Source of the DNA: Octopus sinensis
Taxonomy: Eukaryota
Direction of reading: 5' to 3'
NCBI RefSeq assembly: GCF_006345805.1
Contig: NC_043023.1
Location: forward strand, 15,314,001-15,378,000
Length of the DNA stretch: 64,000 bases
A program made the translations under genes and the position numbers. Every line of letters starts with the position of its first letter. Position 1 is the stretch's first letter. Below the pieces are notes generated by a model. It saw only the letters and a list, made by a program, of their open reading frames with translations. It was not told the origin of the DNA and searched no databases. Positions 39,118-51,565 of the stretch are shown piece after piece.

Positions 39118-39508
39118 CTTATTTCTTTATTACCCACAAGGGGCTAAACAGAGAGAGGACAGACACACGTGTTAAGTCCGTTATATCGACCCCAGTGCGT
39201 AACTTTCGACCCCGAAAGGATGAAAGGCAAAGTCGACCTCGGCGGAATTTGAACTCAGAACGTAATGGCAGACGAAATATGTATTTCTTTACTACCCACA
39301 AGGGGCTAAACACAGAGGGGCAAACAAGGACAGACACAGATTAAGTCGATTACATCGACCCAGTGCGTAACCGGTACTTATTTAATCAACTCTGAAAGGA
39401 TGAAAAGCAAAGTCGACCTCGGCGGAATTTGAACTCAGAAGATTACGGCAGATGAAATACGGCCACGTGTTTCGCCCAGCGTGCTAACATTTCTGCCAGC
39501 TCACCGCC
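39118..39508 (-). mobile_element. SINE family B dimer
   Basis: Paralog of 4399-4750; head at 39508 followed by ttgtataact. Confidence 0.85.
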
Positions 39509-40570
39509 TTGTATAACTAAAACCTGAGTGACCCCTGGCGGTCAGACAAGAAAGCAAAATGAAAATGGGATTTAATGAGAGTAATCTCCCTCGACCTTCT
39601 TGAATATTTTAGAAGCTTCCTATAAACTTCCAGGTGACATAGCAGTCAGGGACTTCTGGCTTATCCCTAATATAAAGCAGAACATTCTAATTTTGTGCCA
39701 CCCTTGCGTTGACTCCTGACTCCTAGACATGCATTGACTCAGGTCACACACATACACACCCGCAAGTGCATGTGTTTGCCTTATTTTGCTTTGAGACGTG
39801 GTTGCAAAATATGTTCATCTGATGTTACAAGCTTTTCCTTCAATTAACCTTATATGTCAACGCATTACCTCTGGATCTTGCCTGAGTAGGGTTTCCTCTC
39901 CAAAGACCTTCCACTGTTCAGCTCTCTTGAGAATTTCCTACCATTGTCTTATTTTAACATTTCATCAGTGACTGGGAAATATATTTCCTTCACACTCCTT
40001 CTCTCACATGGTTACCATCTACTCAATGGCTCCATCGCATATTCACTAGATAACCACCATCATTAGCATTTAATGAACGAACTTATCCCTTCGTTTATCT
40101 CTCATCACTGTATCTTAGCATCTAACACCAAGTATTTTGTATATTAAATAATATCAACAAATTATATAACTTCAAAACAAACATTTATTGTAGATCAGTT
40201 TGGAGAAATGTGTAACTTTCATCATACATTGATCAAGTGTGAATTCTATGCTGTATCATCAATTGTATAGGCTCATAAGGGACACGTTTGGATAGGGTTG
40301 CCAGATTAGAAAATCATATATACGGGATACTTTTAAAATCTCTCTCTATATATATATTTATACATGCCTACACACCCAACATAATATATAAAAGCAGAGA
40401 GATAAGTTAAAAAGATAATGCAATTATTTTAACGGGTTATAAGGTCAAAATTATTTAATACAAGCTAAAGAAATAATAAATTCTATTAAAGTGAAATAAT
40501 TTGAAAATATTTCTTTAATACAGACAACAGAGAAATAAGCAAACAATATCTTGTGTAATGTGTACATATA

Positions 40571-40928
40571 GGCGTAGGAGTGGCTGTGTGGTAAGTAGCT
40601 TGCTTACCAACCACATGGTCCCAGGTTCAGTCTCACTGTGTAGCACTTTGGACAAGTGTCTTCTACTATAGCCTCGGGCCGACCAAAGCCTTGTAAGTGG
40701 ATTTGGTAGACAGAAACTGAAAGAAGCCCATCGTATATATATGTGTGTGTGTGTATATGTTTGTCCCCCAAACATCACTTTACAATCGATGCTGGTGTGT
40801 TTACGTCCACCATAACTTAGCGGTTCAGCAAAAGTGACCGATAGAATAAGTACTAGGCTTACAAAGAATAAGTCCTGGGGTTTATTTGCTCGACTAAAGG
40901 CACTGCTCCAGCATGGCCACTGTCAAAT
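40571..40928 (+). mobile_element. SINE family A
   Basis: Paralog of 5813-6148. Confidence 0.85.
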
Positions 40929-40930
40929 AG

Positions 40931-41987
40931 ATAGGTTACCCTATTTTCTTTCATGTATCCATATTTATTATTGAAATATCACTTCCAGTATCGAAATGAA
41001 GTTTAATATGTATTCCAATCATTTTTACATGTACAAATTTCCTCATTTGGGAGTCGAATTTTGTTTCTGTTGAGAGCCCTCTAGGATCTTTAATGGTTGA
41101 TCTTCAGAATTTAGTTCTGCAGTGTGAATTTCTGTATATTCAGTTGTTGTAAGGCCTTTTACCAAAAGAAGACACCTGAATATCTCAGGTGTAAATTCTT
41201 TGAGTTTAAAAATATTCACACATTCTGTTAATTGTTCCTCCGTATGTGATAAAATCACCATCCTCTTTTTTCATTATATTCCAAAACACCATCCAAGTGT
41301 TAGAGAAGTTTTATCACCGAATATGTTAGACAGTAATTCCATTGTTTCTTTAAAACAAATTTCATTGAGTTTTTTAGGTGATGTGAAATTAAAATAATGT
41401 TCATACTCAGATGGGGCTCATTTATGTCATAATAACCTTACTTTTTCTGTGTCTGACCATGTCTTACAATCTTCCTTAAAAATTACCTGCTGTAGTACAA
41501 TGCAACAGTTATACCGTCCTCTGGGTTATAACTGGATTCATCGAGTCCAAAACGTTGTCTGGCAAAAATGTACTTCCCTCATTTTTGGACTTCTTTGAAT
41601 AAAGCTCCAATAATTGTTGTTGTTGCTGCCTTTGTCGTTGATTTTGCAACAGTTTTAAAGAAGCTAATTAGTCTTCCATGATTTAACAATTTTGTATCAC
41701 AAAAATTTGTTAACTGACCTGCAAGAGCTTCGAAACCCTCATCCCCAGATGTTGTAACATAATTGTTCCGTACAATAAATAAGATAACCAGAAAATTGTA
41801 ACAACATTCTAATGAACTAACAAATCTTTTACGAACCAACATTCAATATTCCTTAGGAAGTAAACCAAGCGACACCTTCCGACTTCACTTGACTCTGAAC
41901 CGCAAACTCACTCAGATCGTTACTATTTATACTTTACTCGGACCAGTCTATCTCTCACAAGGGGACATGGTAACTCTCATCACAACA
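40931..41987 (-). mobile_element. Decayed Gypsy LTR-gag-protease relic (copy 2)
   Basis: LTR at 41750-41987; PBS mutated; no insertion in the protease segment. Confidence 0.85.
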
Positions 41988-42808
41988 GGTGCCATTCTAA
42001 CCAGATGCCCATCATAAATCCCTGCTTGGTGTCTGGTAAGAACAAGACCATGAAAACCTGCTCTACAGAATGATTTAGCAAAAAATAAGTATGATGATAA
42101 TCACTTGCATGGGTTGAGCGGGGATGTGCTTGAACCATAGGTAGAGTGGGGCATTAGGCTCTTGAAAAATATTTCCCACTCTACACCCAAAACTGTGACA
42201 AACAGCAATAAGCCTCCAGCTAGTGCCAGAATATGTGGGTAGTAGCACAAAGGGTGCAGATCCTGGGATCCCTGAGTGTGTCCAGCAGAGGATAACTGAT
42301 CATGGCTGGGAACTGGAGTGTAATACATTTGTGTCAAAATAATATATCCTCAAGAAAACAGAGCAAATTAATATAATCAATATTGTTTGAATAAAAAACA
42401 CAAATCGTAATTAGTGAGTTGATGCAAATGAGGAAAATGTGAAAAATGAATTTATTTTGTAAAAAGTAATACATTTGCTGTATTTTATTCAGCAGGACAT
42501 CTGTTTTATCATTGATATTGTTATTGATCAATATGAATAAGTATATGTTTAGTTAAGGTAGATTATTGAGAGAATGATTTAGCACAGATTACACAGTCAT
42601 CAGAATCTTCTCCTGTATGAATATGTTTGTGTTTAGTTTATTATTTCTCTCTATGAAAGAATGACTTGTCCCAGATGTCACAGTGATATGATTTCTCTCC
42701 TGTATGAACGTATTTGTGATGAGTTCAATATTGTTCCACAGAGAATGATTTACCTCAGATATCACACCAATAGAGTTTCTATCCTGTATGAATACGTTTA
42801 TAAGTATA

Positions 42809-43182
42809 CTAGCAGTATCGCCCGGCGTTGCTCGGGTTTGTAAGGGAAATAACTATAAAGTATTTTTAGAGAGTTATAGCCAAAAAATAGGAAAAAAAAT
42901 GATGGTAAATTTTTTTTGATAGTTAAAAAGGTCGAGTTGCGTCCCCTAGACCATCTGTGGTTTGTGTTTCTGATTGTCGACCCCATGTCGAATTTATCGA
43001 TCTTTTTCAGAACTGGGGGAACTTTTCAAAATTTTCGCTGCGTTAGTTTTGAATTATGACATTGGGCTATGTGTGTGTCAAGTTTCATCAGAATCGGTTG
43101 AAAGCCGTGATCGGGGTGAGGGTACAACCTGACAGACACACAGAAACACACACAGACAAACTGCCGTTTATATATAGAGAGA
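42809..43182 (-). mobile_element. Non-autonomous Helitron (374 bp) in the relic finger tail of Z7
   Basis: 5' TC, 3' hairpin cccgagcaacgccggg then CTAG, inserted between A and T with no TSD. The empty site ataagtata|tacagcat is near 8283. Confidence 0.92.
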
Positions 43183-43311
43183 TACAGCATATTCCTGAGA
43201 GAATGATTTGCTGCAGACATCACAGTCACATAGTTTCTCTCCAGTATGAGCAGACTTGTAATTAATTAAACATTTTCTTAAACGGAATGATTTACTGCAG
43301 ATACTACAGTG

Positions 43312-43808
43312 CTATGGTTTGTCCCCTGTATTAATGCATTTGTGTCCATTTAAGTACCTTTTTTGAGAGAATGATTTACCACAGATATAGCACCGATATG
43401 GTTTCTCGTGTGTATGAACGTGTTTGTGATCAGTTAAATATTTTTTTAAACAGAATGACTTATCACAGATATCGCAAGAATATGGTCTCTCTGCTGCGTG
43501 AATGTATCTATGAGAGGTTAAACTGCTTCTAGAAGAAAATGATTTACACAGATATATCACAGGGATATGGATTGTCTCCTGTATGTGTGTATTTGTGATA
43601 AGCAAGGCGACTTTTTTCAGAGAATGCTACACCACAGATATCACAGTGATATGGTTTCTCTCCTTTATGAACTGATTTGTGATAAGTAAGGCCACTCCTA
43701 TGAGAGAATGATTTTCCACAGATATTGCAGTGATATGGTTTCTCTCCAGTATGAATAGGTATATGAGAAGTGAGGCTGCATTTCTGAGTGAATGATTTAC
43801 CGCAAATA
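43312..43808 (-). pseudogene. Out-of-frame 3' fingers of Z7
   Basis: About six finger units after the frameshift, with a second shift, ending GDKP-TAG at 43312-43314. Confidence 0.75.
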
Positions 43809-45035
43809 TCACAGGGATATGGCCTCATTAGTATGAATGAGTTTGTGAGTAGTTAAATAACTTTTTAATGGAAAGGATTTATCACAGATATCACACTGAT
43901 ATGGTTTCTCACCCGTATGAACTGATTTGTGATAAGTAAGGTGACCTTTTTGAGAGAATGATTTACCACAAATATCACATTTATATGGTTTCTCTCCTGT
44001 ATGAGTGTATTTGTGATAAGTAAGGCCTCTCCTTTGAGTGAATGATTTACCACAAATATCACAGGGATATGGCCTCTCATGAGCATGAGTGAGTTCGTGA
44101 GTAGTTAAATGACTTTTTGACGAAAAAGATTTATCACAGATATCACACTGATATGGTTTCTCATCTGTATGAACTGATTTGTGAGTAGTAAGGTTACATT
44201 TTTGAGAGAATGATTTACCACAAATATCGCAGTGATGTGGCTTCTCACGTGTATGTGTAAGTTTGTGAGTAGTTAAATGACTTTTTGATGAAAAAGATTT
44301 ATCACAGATATCACACTGATATGGTTTCTCACCTGTATGAACTGATTTGTGATTAGTAAGGTGACCTTTTTGAGAGAATGATTTACCACAAATATCGCAG
44401 TGATGTGGCTTCTCAAGTGTATGTGTAAGTTTGTGATTAGTTAAATGACATTTTGATGAAAAAGATTTATCACAGATATCACACTGATATGGTTTCTCAC
44501 CCGTATGAACTGATTTGTGATTAGTAAGGTGACCTTTTTGAGAGAATGATTTACCACAAATATCACATTTATATGGTTTCTCTCCTGTATGAGTGTATTT
44601 GTGATAAGTAAGGCCTATCATTTGAGTGAATGATTTACCACAAATATCACATTGATATGGTTTCTCTCCAGTATGAGTGTATTTGTGATGAGTGAGGTTA
44701 CATTTCTGAGTGAATGATTTACCACAAATATCACATCGATATGGTTTCTCTCCTGTATGAATGGATTTGTGAGTAGTTAAATCACTTTTTAATGAAAAGG
44801 ATTTATCACAGATATCACACCGATACGGTTTCTCATCTGTATGAATGTGTTTGTGAGAATCAAGGGAACTTCTATGAGAGAATGATTTACCACAGATATC
44901 ACAGTAATATTTCTTTCCACCTGGATCAATACATTTGTGAAGAGTGAGATTTCCCTTATTAGAAAAAGTCTTTTTACAGATATCACATTGGTCTGATAAC
45001 TTTTCTCTTTCTTTTAACATTTCCAGACCATTCAT
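43809..45035 (-). CDS. Z7: C2H2 zinc-finger protein, 408 aa, 14 fingers (finger 1 H->D)
   Basis: ATG 45035. Ends TNEAISL* because of a 2-bp loss in the NERPY linker, shared with Z2. Confidence 0.9.
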   Translation of the reverse strand: MNGLEMLKEREKLSDQCDICKKTFSNKGNLTLHKCIDPGGKKYYCDICGKSFSHRSSLDSHKHIHTDEKPYRCDICDKSFSLKSDLTTHKSIHTGEKPYRCDICGKSFTQKCNLTHHKYTHTGEKPYQCDICGKSFTQMIGLTYHKYTHTGEKPYKCDICGKSFSQKGHLTNHKSVHTGEKPYQCDICDKSFSSKCHLTNHKLTHTLEKPHHCDICGKSFSQKGHLTNHKSVHTGEKPYQCDICDKSFSSKSHLTTHKLTHTREKPHHCDICGKSFSQKCNLTTHKSVHTDEKPYQCDICDKSFSSKSHLTTHELTHAHERPYPCDICGKSFTQRRGLTYHKYTHTGEKPYKCDICGKSFSQKGHLTYHKSVHTGEKPYQCDICDKSFPLKSYLTTHKLIHTNEAISL

Positions 45036-47190
45036 TATTGTTCTGTAGTATACAGACAGAAAATATATTTCTCCCTTCTTCTTTATATATATCTTCTACA
45101 GCAAAGCTGATCTTAAATATCTGAAAATGATACAAACACCTTTCCAGATTTTCTCACATTCAAACACAATGCAAAATACTTTTGTAAATATTCCTGGCAA
45201 TGAGGAAAACAAATGTTGCTATTAATTCAGAAGAAATATTTCACCGTTACTCACCATAGATATATTATACAAACAGAATTATTATCTATTATTTATAACG
45301 GCTGACATTCGTTTTCAAAACATGATCAATATTCATGATGTATCTCACGTAAAACTCCTTTATACGAGTATCTGAAATGACACAGAAACAGTAGAAGATA
45401 TAGGAAAGACTTAAAAAGCAAAGGTTTAACAATAAAAATTATAACTACATTTTCATAATGATAAACTGTTGCCCGAATAAATTACACTTTAAAATGATAC
45501 TCATGACACAAGACATTACTTTCGTCTATTATGACCTGAGTCATAAATCTAATACTTTCTCTAGTTTAGTTTCAATGCACCCAAACAAACAAAAGGAAAA
45601 GCTGTGTAAATAACGGACAGAGTCAAAACTATTGAAAAGGTTGCAAGACGCAACGAAAATTTTAGGAAAAAGGAAATAAGTAAGAAATAAGAAATTTTAC
45701 CGATGAGTGTGTTAAATTATAAGGCACAAAAAGAAAATGACTCTCCCCAGACGCAACAGAATATGCTTCAATACACGAATTCATATAAAGAACCTTGCAA
45801 ACCAAATCAAAAAACGAAATAGAATTAATATCTGTTTCTTTATTACCCACAAGGGGCGAAACACGGACGAAACAAACAAGAACAGACAAACGGATTAAGT
45901 CGATCACATTGACCCCAGTGCGTAACTGGTACTTAATTTATCGACCCCGAAAGGATGAAAGGCAAAGTCGACCTCGGCGGAATTTGAACCCAGAACGTAA
46001 CGGCGGACGAAATTAATATCGATGTCAGACTAGCAACATTGAATACTTTCATTATTGTCTGGAGTTTCGAATTTTCCAGGTTCTTCTGCTTTCACTAAAA
46101 ATAAAATATGTACGATATCTTACCTGTTATGATAAATAAATCAGTGCTAAAAGTCAATTAACGCAAACCACACCAAAAAAGCCATTCAGCGGGAAACGTA
46201 AGTTAAAGAAAGCTCAAAAAATAGACATGGAATATAGACGAAACGAACTGAATATCCGGACGTTGTATATATCGTAATACTATACATTTATCGGATGCTA
46301 AAACTAAGTTGGTAAATTCTCAATGTTTTTTATTGGTATAATTACTTTTCAAAAATGTGAGTTATGAGGAAAAATCCAAATGATGACAAAACATACAAAA
46401 CTGACTGCTTATTTTCATATCTATTGGTACTTTCCCACTATCCTGTTACCGAACCCTTAAATTACAGGGACGAAAAGAAACCAACAGGACTTATCAAAGA
46501 GGGACGGAGGGAAAACAAGAAGACTCGTGTGTGTTATTTCTACCTGTATTCGAAAACCATTGTTACTTTGTTTACATTCCTGTAACTTCGTTGTATATAT
46601 TACGATATATACAACATCCGGATATTCAGTTCGTTTCGTCGACATTCCATGTCTATTTTTTGAGCTTTCTTTCAATTACGTTTCCCGCTGAATGGCTTTT
46701 TTGGTGTGGTTTGCGTTAATTGACTTTTAGCACTGATTTATTTATCATAACAGGTAAGATATCGTACATATTTTATTTTTAGTGAAAGCAGAAGAACCTG
46801 GAAAATTCGAAACTCCAGACAATAATGAAAGTATTCAATGTTGCTAGTCTGACATCGATATTAATTTCGTCCGCCGTTACGTTCTGGGTTCAAATTCCGC
46901 CGAGGTCGACTTTGCCTTTCATCCTTTCGGGGTCGATAAATTAAGTACCAGTTACGCACTGGGTCAATGTGATCGACTTAATCCGTTTGTCTGTTCTTGT
47001 TTGTTTCGTCCGTGTTTCGCCCCTTGTGGGTAATAAAGAAACAGATATTAATTCTATTTGGTTTGCAAGGTTCTTTATATGAATTCGTGTATTGAAGCAT
47101 ATTCTGTTGTGTCTGGGGAGAGTCATTTTCTTTTTGTGCCTTATAATTTAACACACTCATCGGTAAAATTTTGCAGTTATTTCTTATTTC

Positions 47191-48152
47191 GGTTAATATC
47201 TAGATCCGCACCCGGTGGAAAAAATGGAAACGCAAATGTATAACAGTTGTAAGGCATCGTATATTGACGGAATAAGACGTAAAAAAAGGGCGCTGACGAA
47301 CGGGGGTGGGGTGGGGGGGTCGGAAAATTCCCAGGATCAACTGTACAGGATCCACGCCCAGGTGGCAAAAATGGAAAAAAATATGTGTAAGAGGTGTAAG
47401 GCATCGTATATTGAAGGAATATGACGAAAAAAAGCGCGCTGACAAACGGGGGGGGGGGAGGGGGCTCGGAAAATTGCCTACGATTTAAAGAAAAATTTAC
47501 CATCAATTTTCACCATTTAAACGCATTGTTGGCATAAGGGAAGTAACTCTCTAAAAATCTCTATATATAAACGGCAGTTTTTCTGTGTGTCTGTCAGGTT
47601 GTACCCTCACCCTGACCACGGCTTTCAACCGATTCTGATGAAACTTGACACACACATAGCCCAATGTCATAATTCAAAACTAACGCAGCGAAAATTTTGA
47701 AAAGTTCCCCCAGTTCTGAAAGAAATCGATAAATTCGACATGGGGTCGAGAATTTCAATTTTTTTGCTATTTTCAATATTTTTCAATATTTTTGCTAAAA
47801 ATGCTTTATAGTTATTTCCCTTACAAACCCGAGCAACGCCGGGCGATACTGCTAGTCTATATATATTTTTTTTTCCGAGCCCCCTCCCCCCCCCCGTTTG
47901 TCAGCGCGCTTTTTTTTCGTCATATTCCTTCAATATACGATGCCTTACACCTCTTACACACATTTTTTTCCATTTTTGCCACCTGGGCGTGGATCCTCTA
48001 CGGTTGATCCTGGGAATTTTCCGACCCCCCACCCCACCCCCGTTCGTCAGCGCCCTTTTTTTCCGTCTTATTACGTCAATATACGATGCCTTACAACTGT
48101 TACACATTTGCGTTTCCATGTTTTCCACCGGGTGCGGATCTAGATATTAACC
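47191..48152. mobile_element. Non-autonomous DNA transposon with GG...CC ends, ~280 bp TIRs and a perfect 8-bp TSD (Merlin- or MULE-like)
   Basis: ggttaatatctagatccgcacccggtggaaaa...ttttccaccgggtgcggatctagatattaacc. TSD CTTATTTC at 47183-47190 and 48153-48160; empty site near 12289. Each arm has two ~140 bp subrepeats. Confidence 0.9.
47558..47855 (+). mobile_element. Non-autonomous Helitron nested in the 47191 element
   Basis: A|TCTCTATATATAAACGGCAG...cccgagcaacgccgggcgatactgCTAG|T. Same family as 42809. Confidence 0.9.
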
Positions 48153-49776
48153 CTTATTTCTTACTTATTTACTTTTTTCCTAAAATTTTCGTTGTAGGAT
48201 CGACTACTTACGACTAGCTAGCGCGTACCGGGTCCAGTCTTCGCTAGTAGTACCTATGCTTTTGTGTTTTATTTACTTTGTTTTAAAAAGAAAGGCGATC
48301 TTACGGTATAAGTACCGGTGTACTTCCGGAAGTACTGGATACATTTCAAAAAGGTGTTTTTTTATATGGGGGGAGGGTTTCTGTTATCTTTAGAAATGTA
48401 AACAAAGACACGTGTGTACCTATACCGAAGGATCGCCATTCTGTCCTGTCTCTACTCTTCATACGTCAATTCACAGAACACTTTCTCTAAATTAGTGACC
48501 ACACCTTCAACATATGTGAGTGCAGTTTGTTTTTATTATTAATAAAGTTAGGAGAGGAAAAGTCATGATGGGTTGGTTCACTAAATTGTAGTTTATATTT
48601 ATGTTTGATCTGTTACAGAAGTTGTAACAATCATGAACATTACCTAATTTCATTAATAATAGATCTGCTCAGTCAGGGATAACCTAGGGTTAAACATTAG
48701 TCACTCATCGTATTATTGTCCAATATCCTATAGTTGAACCCTTTATTGTTTAAACCGGCCATATCAGGCCCAGATATTCTGCATGTTTTATATTCAAACT
48801 GGCGGTATCTGGGCCCTCACACCTAACCTACATTGACATTCTAGAAATAAACAATCACATCATTGAAACCTCAAAGCCATAAGATATTGCATGATGAATT
48901 CAAAACAATTTGAGTGAAAAAGAATTACATTTAACAGAATAATCTGAACACTAAAGGGATAATGTTTTACATAATATCTGAAGGAAGAGGAACTGAAGTC
49001 CGTGTATATGTAGACATTACACAAGGTTGTATCATATATAATTTTAATAACAAAATAAATTTCAAAGACCACACCCTTTTGTTACTAACCCGGCCAAAAC
49101 CGGCTCTGACTCTGTGGTAAAATGTCTTGTTTTCATAAGTTTTGAATTAAAGTCTTTCACCAAACCTTAGTTACAATTTATGTTCCTAGCACTAGTTGAA
49201 TGATAACTAAGTTAGTTTACTAAATTCTTTATTATATTTAAAATAATTGAAAGAAACACACTGAATCTCAAAAGAAATATGGTAACAAAAGGGTTACCAT
49301 ATTATAAATTACCATAAATAAATTTCAAAGACAAATTAAAGGATTTTATCCACAGTTTATCATTATGAAGATGTAGTTATATTTTTTTTATAATTGAATC
49401 TCTGCTTTTTAAGTCTTTCCTATATCTTCTTCTGTTTCTGTGTCATTTCAGGAGGTGAAATGTTAGTGATACTTCATGAATATTGATCATCTAATGGAAG
49501 ATGTTATAAATATTTGACATAACTCTGTTTATATGATTTGTCTATGGTGGAAAACTGAAATATTTCTTCTGAATTAATGGCAACATTTGTTTCCATCATT
49601 GCCTGGAATATTTGGTAAAGTATTTCACATTCTGTTCGGACTGAGAGATATCTGCAAAGGTGTTTGTATCATCTTCAGATATTGATGGAGATCGGAACTG
49701 CTGGAAATATAAGCAATAGAAATATATAAAAAAGGAAGCAAAATTATATTTTGTGCTTGTATACTATAGAACAATA

Positions 49777-51081
49777 ATGAATCCTCAAGAGATGACAAAA
49801 GAAAGAGAAAAATTATCATACCAATGTGATATCTGTAAAAAGACTTATTCTAATAAGAGAAATCTCACTGTTCACAAATTCATTCATGCAGGGGGGAAGC
49901 CATATCACTGTGATGTCTGTGGTAAATCATTCTCTGATAAAAGTCACCTTACTAAACACAATTACATTCATACAAGAGCGAAACGGTATCACTGTGATAT
50001 TTGTGGAAAGTCATTCTTTCAGAAGGTTCACCTTACTTCTCACAAATACAGTCATACAGGTGAGAAACCATATCAATGTGACATTTGTGGTAAATCATTC
50101 TCTCATAAAAGTAGCCTTACTCAACACAAATCCATTCATACAGAAGAGAAACCTTATCAGTGTGATATTTGTGGTAAATCATTCTCTCATAAGATTAGCC
50201 TTACTTGTCACAAATCCACTCATACAGGAGAGAAACCATATCAGTGTGATATTTGTGGTAAATCATTCTCTGGTAAAAGTAACCTTACGAAACACAAATC
50301 CATTCATACAGGTGAGAAACCATATTACTGTGATATTTGTGGTAAATCATTCTCCTTTAAGCATAGCCTTACTTATCACAAAGTCAGTCATACAGGGGAG
50401 AAACCACATCCCTGTGATATATGTGGAAAATCATTCTCTCAGAAAATTCACCTGACTTCTCACAAATACATTCATACAGGAGAGAAACCATATGAATGTG
50501 ATATTTGTGGTAAATCATTCTCCCATAAGCACAGCCTTACTTATCACATATCCATTCATACAGGAGAGAAACCTTATCACTGTGATATCTGTGGAAAATC
50601 ATTCTCTCAGAAAATTCACCTGACTTCTCACAAATACATTCATACAGGAGAGAAACCTTATCAATGTGATATTTGTGGTAAATCATTTTCTCAAAAGCAT
50701 AGACTTACTTATCACAAATCCGTTCATACAGGAGAGAAACCATATCCCTGTGATATCTGTGGTAAATCTTTTTCATTAAAACGTAATTTAACGACTCACA
50801 AATTCATTCATACAGGTGAGAAACCATATCAGTGTGATATTTGTGGTAAATCATTCTCTCAAAAAAGTCACCTTTCTTCTCACACATCCATTCATACAGA
50901 AGAGAAACCAAATGACTGTGATATTTGTGGTAAATCATTCTCTCAGAAGAGAGGCCTTACTAAACACAAATACATTCATACAGGAGAGAAACCTCATCAA
51001 TGTGATGTCTGTGGAATGTCATTCTCTGAAAGACGTTACCTTGATTCTCACAAACACATTCATACAGGAGAGAAACCCTAG
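49777..51081 (+). CDS. Z8: C2H2 zinc-finger protein, 434 aa, 15 intact fingers
   Basis: ATG 49777; 14-aa leader plus 15 x 28 aa; ends at the ancestral KP-TAG. Confidence 0.93.
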   Translation: MNPQEMTKEREKLSYQCDICKKTYSNKRNLTVHKFIHAGGKPYHCDVCGKSFSDKSHLTKHNYIHTRAKRYHCDICGKSFFQKVHLTSHKYSHTGEKPYQCDICGKSFSHKSSLTQHKSIHTEEKPYQCDICGKSFSHKISLTCHKSTHTGEKPYQCDICGKSFSGKSNLTKHKSIHTGEKPYYCDICGKSFSFKHSLTYHKVSHTGEKPHPCDICGKSFSQKIHLTSHKYIHTGEKPYECDICGKSFSHKHSLTYHISIHTGEKPYHCDICGKSFSQKIHLTSHKYIHTGEKPYQCDICGKSFSQKHRLTYHKSVHTGEKPYPCDICGKSFSLKRNLTTHKFIHTGEKPYQCDICGKSFSQKSHLSSHTSIHTEEKPNDCDICGKSFSQKRGLTKHKYIHTGEKPHQCDVCGMSFSERRYLDSHKHIHTGEKP

Positions 51082-51565
51082 CACTTTAATATCTGCAGTA
51101 AATCATTCAAAGTCTATTCATAAAGGAGACAAACCATATAACTGTGATATCTGTGGTAAATCATTCTCTTGGGAATGTGCTATATATACTCATAAATGTA
51201 TTTATGCAAGAGAGAAGCCCTATCACTATGATAACTATGCTAAATCATTCTCTGTGGAACAATATTTAGCTAATCTTAAATTCATTCATACAGGAAAGAA
51301 ACCATAGCACTGTCATTCTTTTACCATGTGGGTTAACTCAACATGAATACATTCATACAGGAGAAAAACCGTAACGCTGTGACATCAGTGATTAATCATT
51401 CTCTCGTAATTACTTAACTAAACACAAACATATTCATAGAGGATAAGATTCTTATGACTGTGTAATCTGTGCTAAATCATTCTCTCAATAATCTACCTTA
51501 ACTAAACATATTCTTATTCATATTGATCAATAAAAATAACTGGCATAAAATAGATGTCTTTTCTT

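Larger units (their letters stand above)
45651..48194. repeat. Mirrored first-exon palindrome between Z7 and Z8
   Basis: Arms 45651-46279 and 46598-48194 (right arm interrupted by 47191-48152). Donors at 46123-46122 (-) and 46754 (+). Confidence 0.92.
33574..48960 (+). repeat. Segmental duplicate of approximately 1-13093 (A-type gene, intergenic block, Z2/Z7-type gene, palindrome)
   Basis: Collinear shared MITEs, SINEs, Gypsy relic and genes, differing by copy-specific insertions. Confidence 0.85.

Noticed and set aside
47177-48143. Several 60-109 aa ORFs as a transposase
   Set aside because: Short overlapping ORFs from mirrored subrepeats; no DDE motif is visible, so the element is non-autonomous.
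49777-51081. Assigning a vertebrate ZNF/Zfp or OZF gene symbol
   Set aside because: Similarity would reflect only generic finger repeats; these are lineage-specific paralogs.
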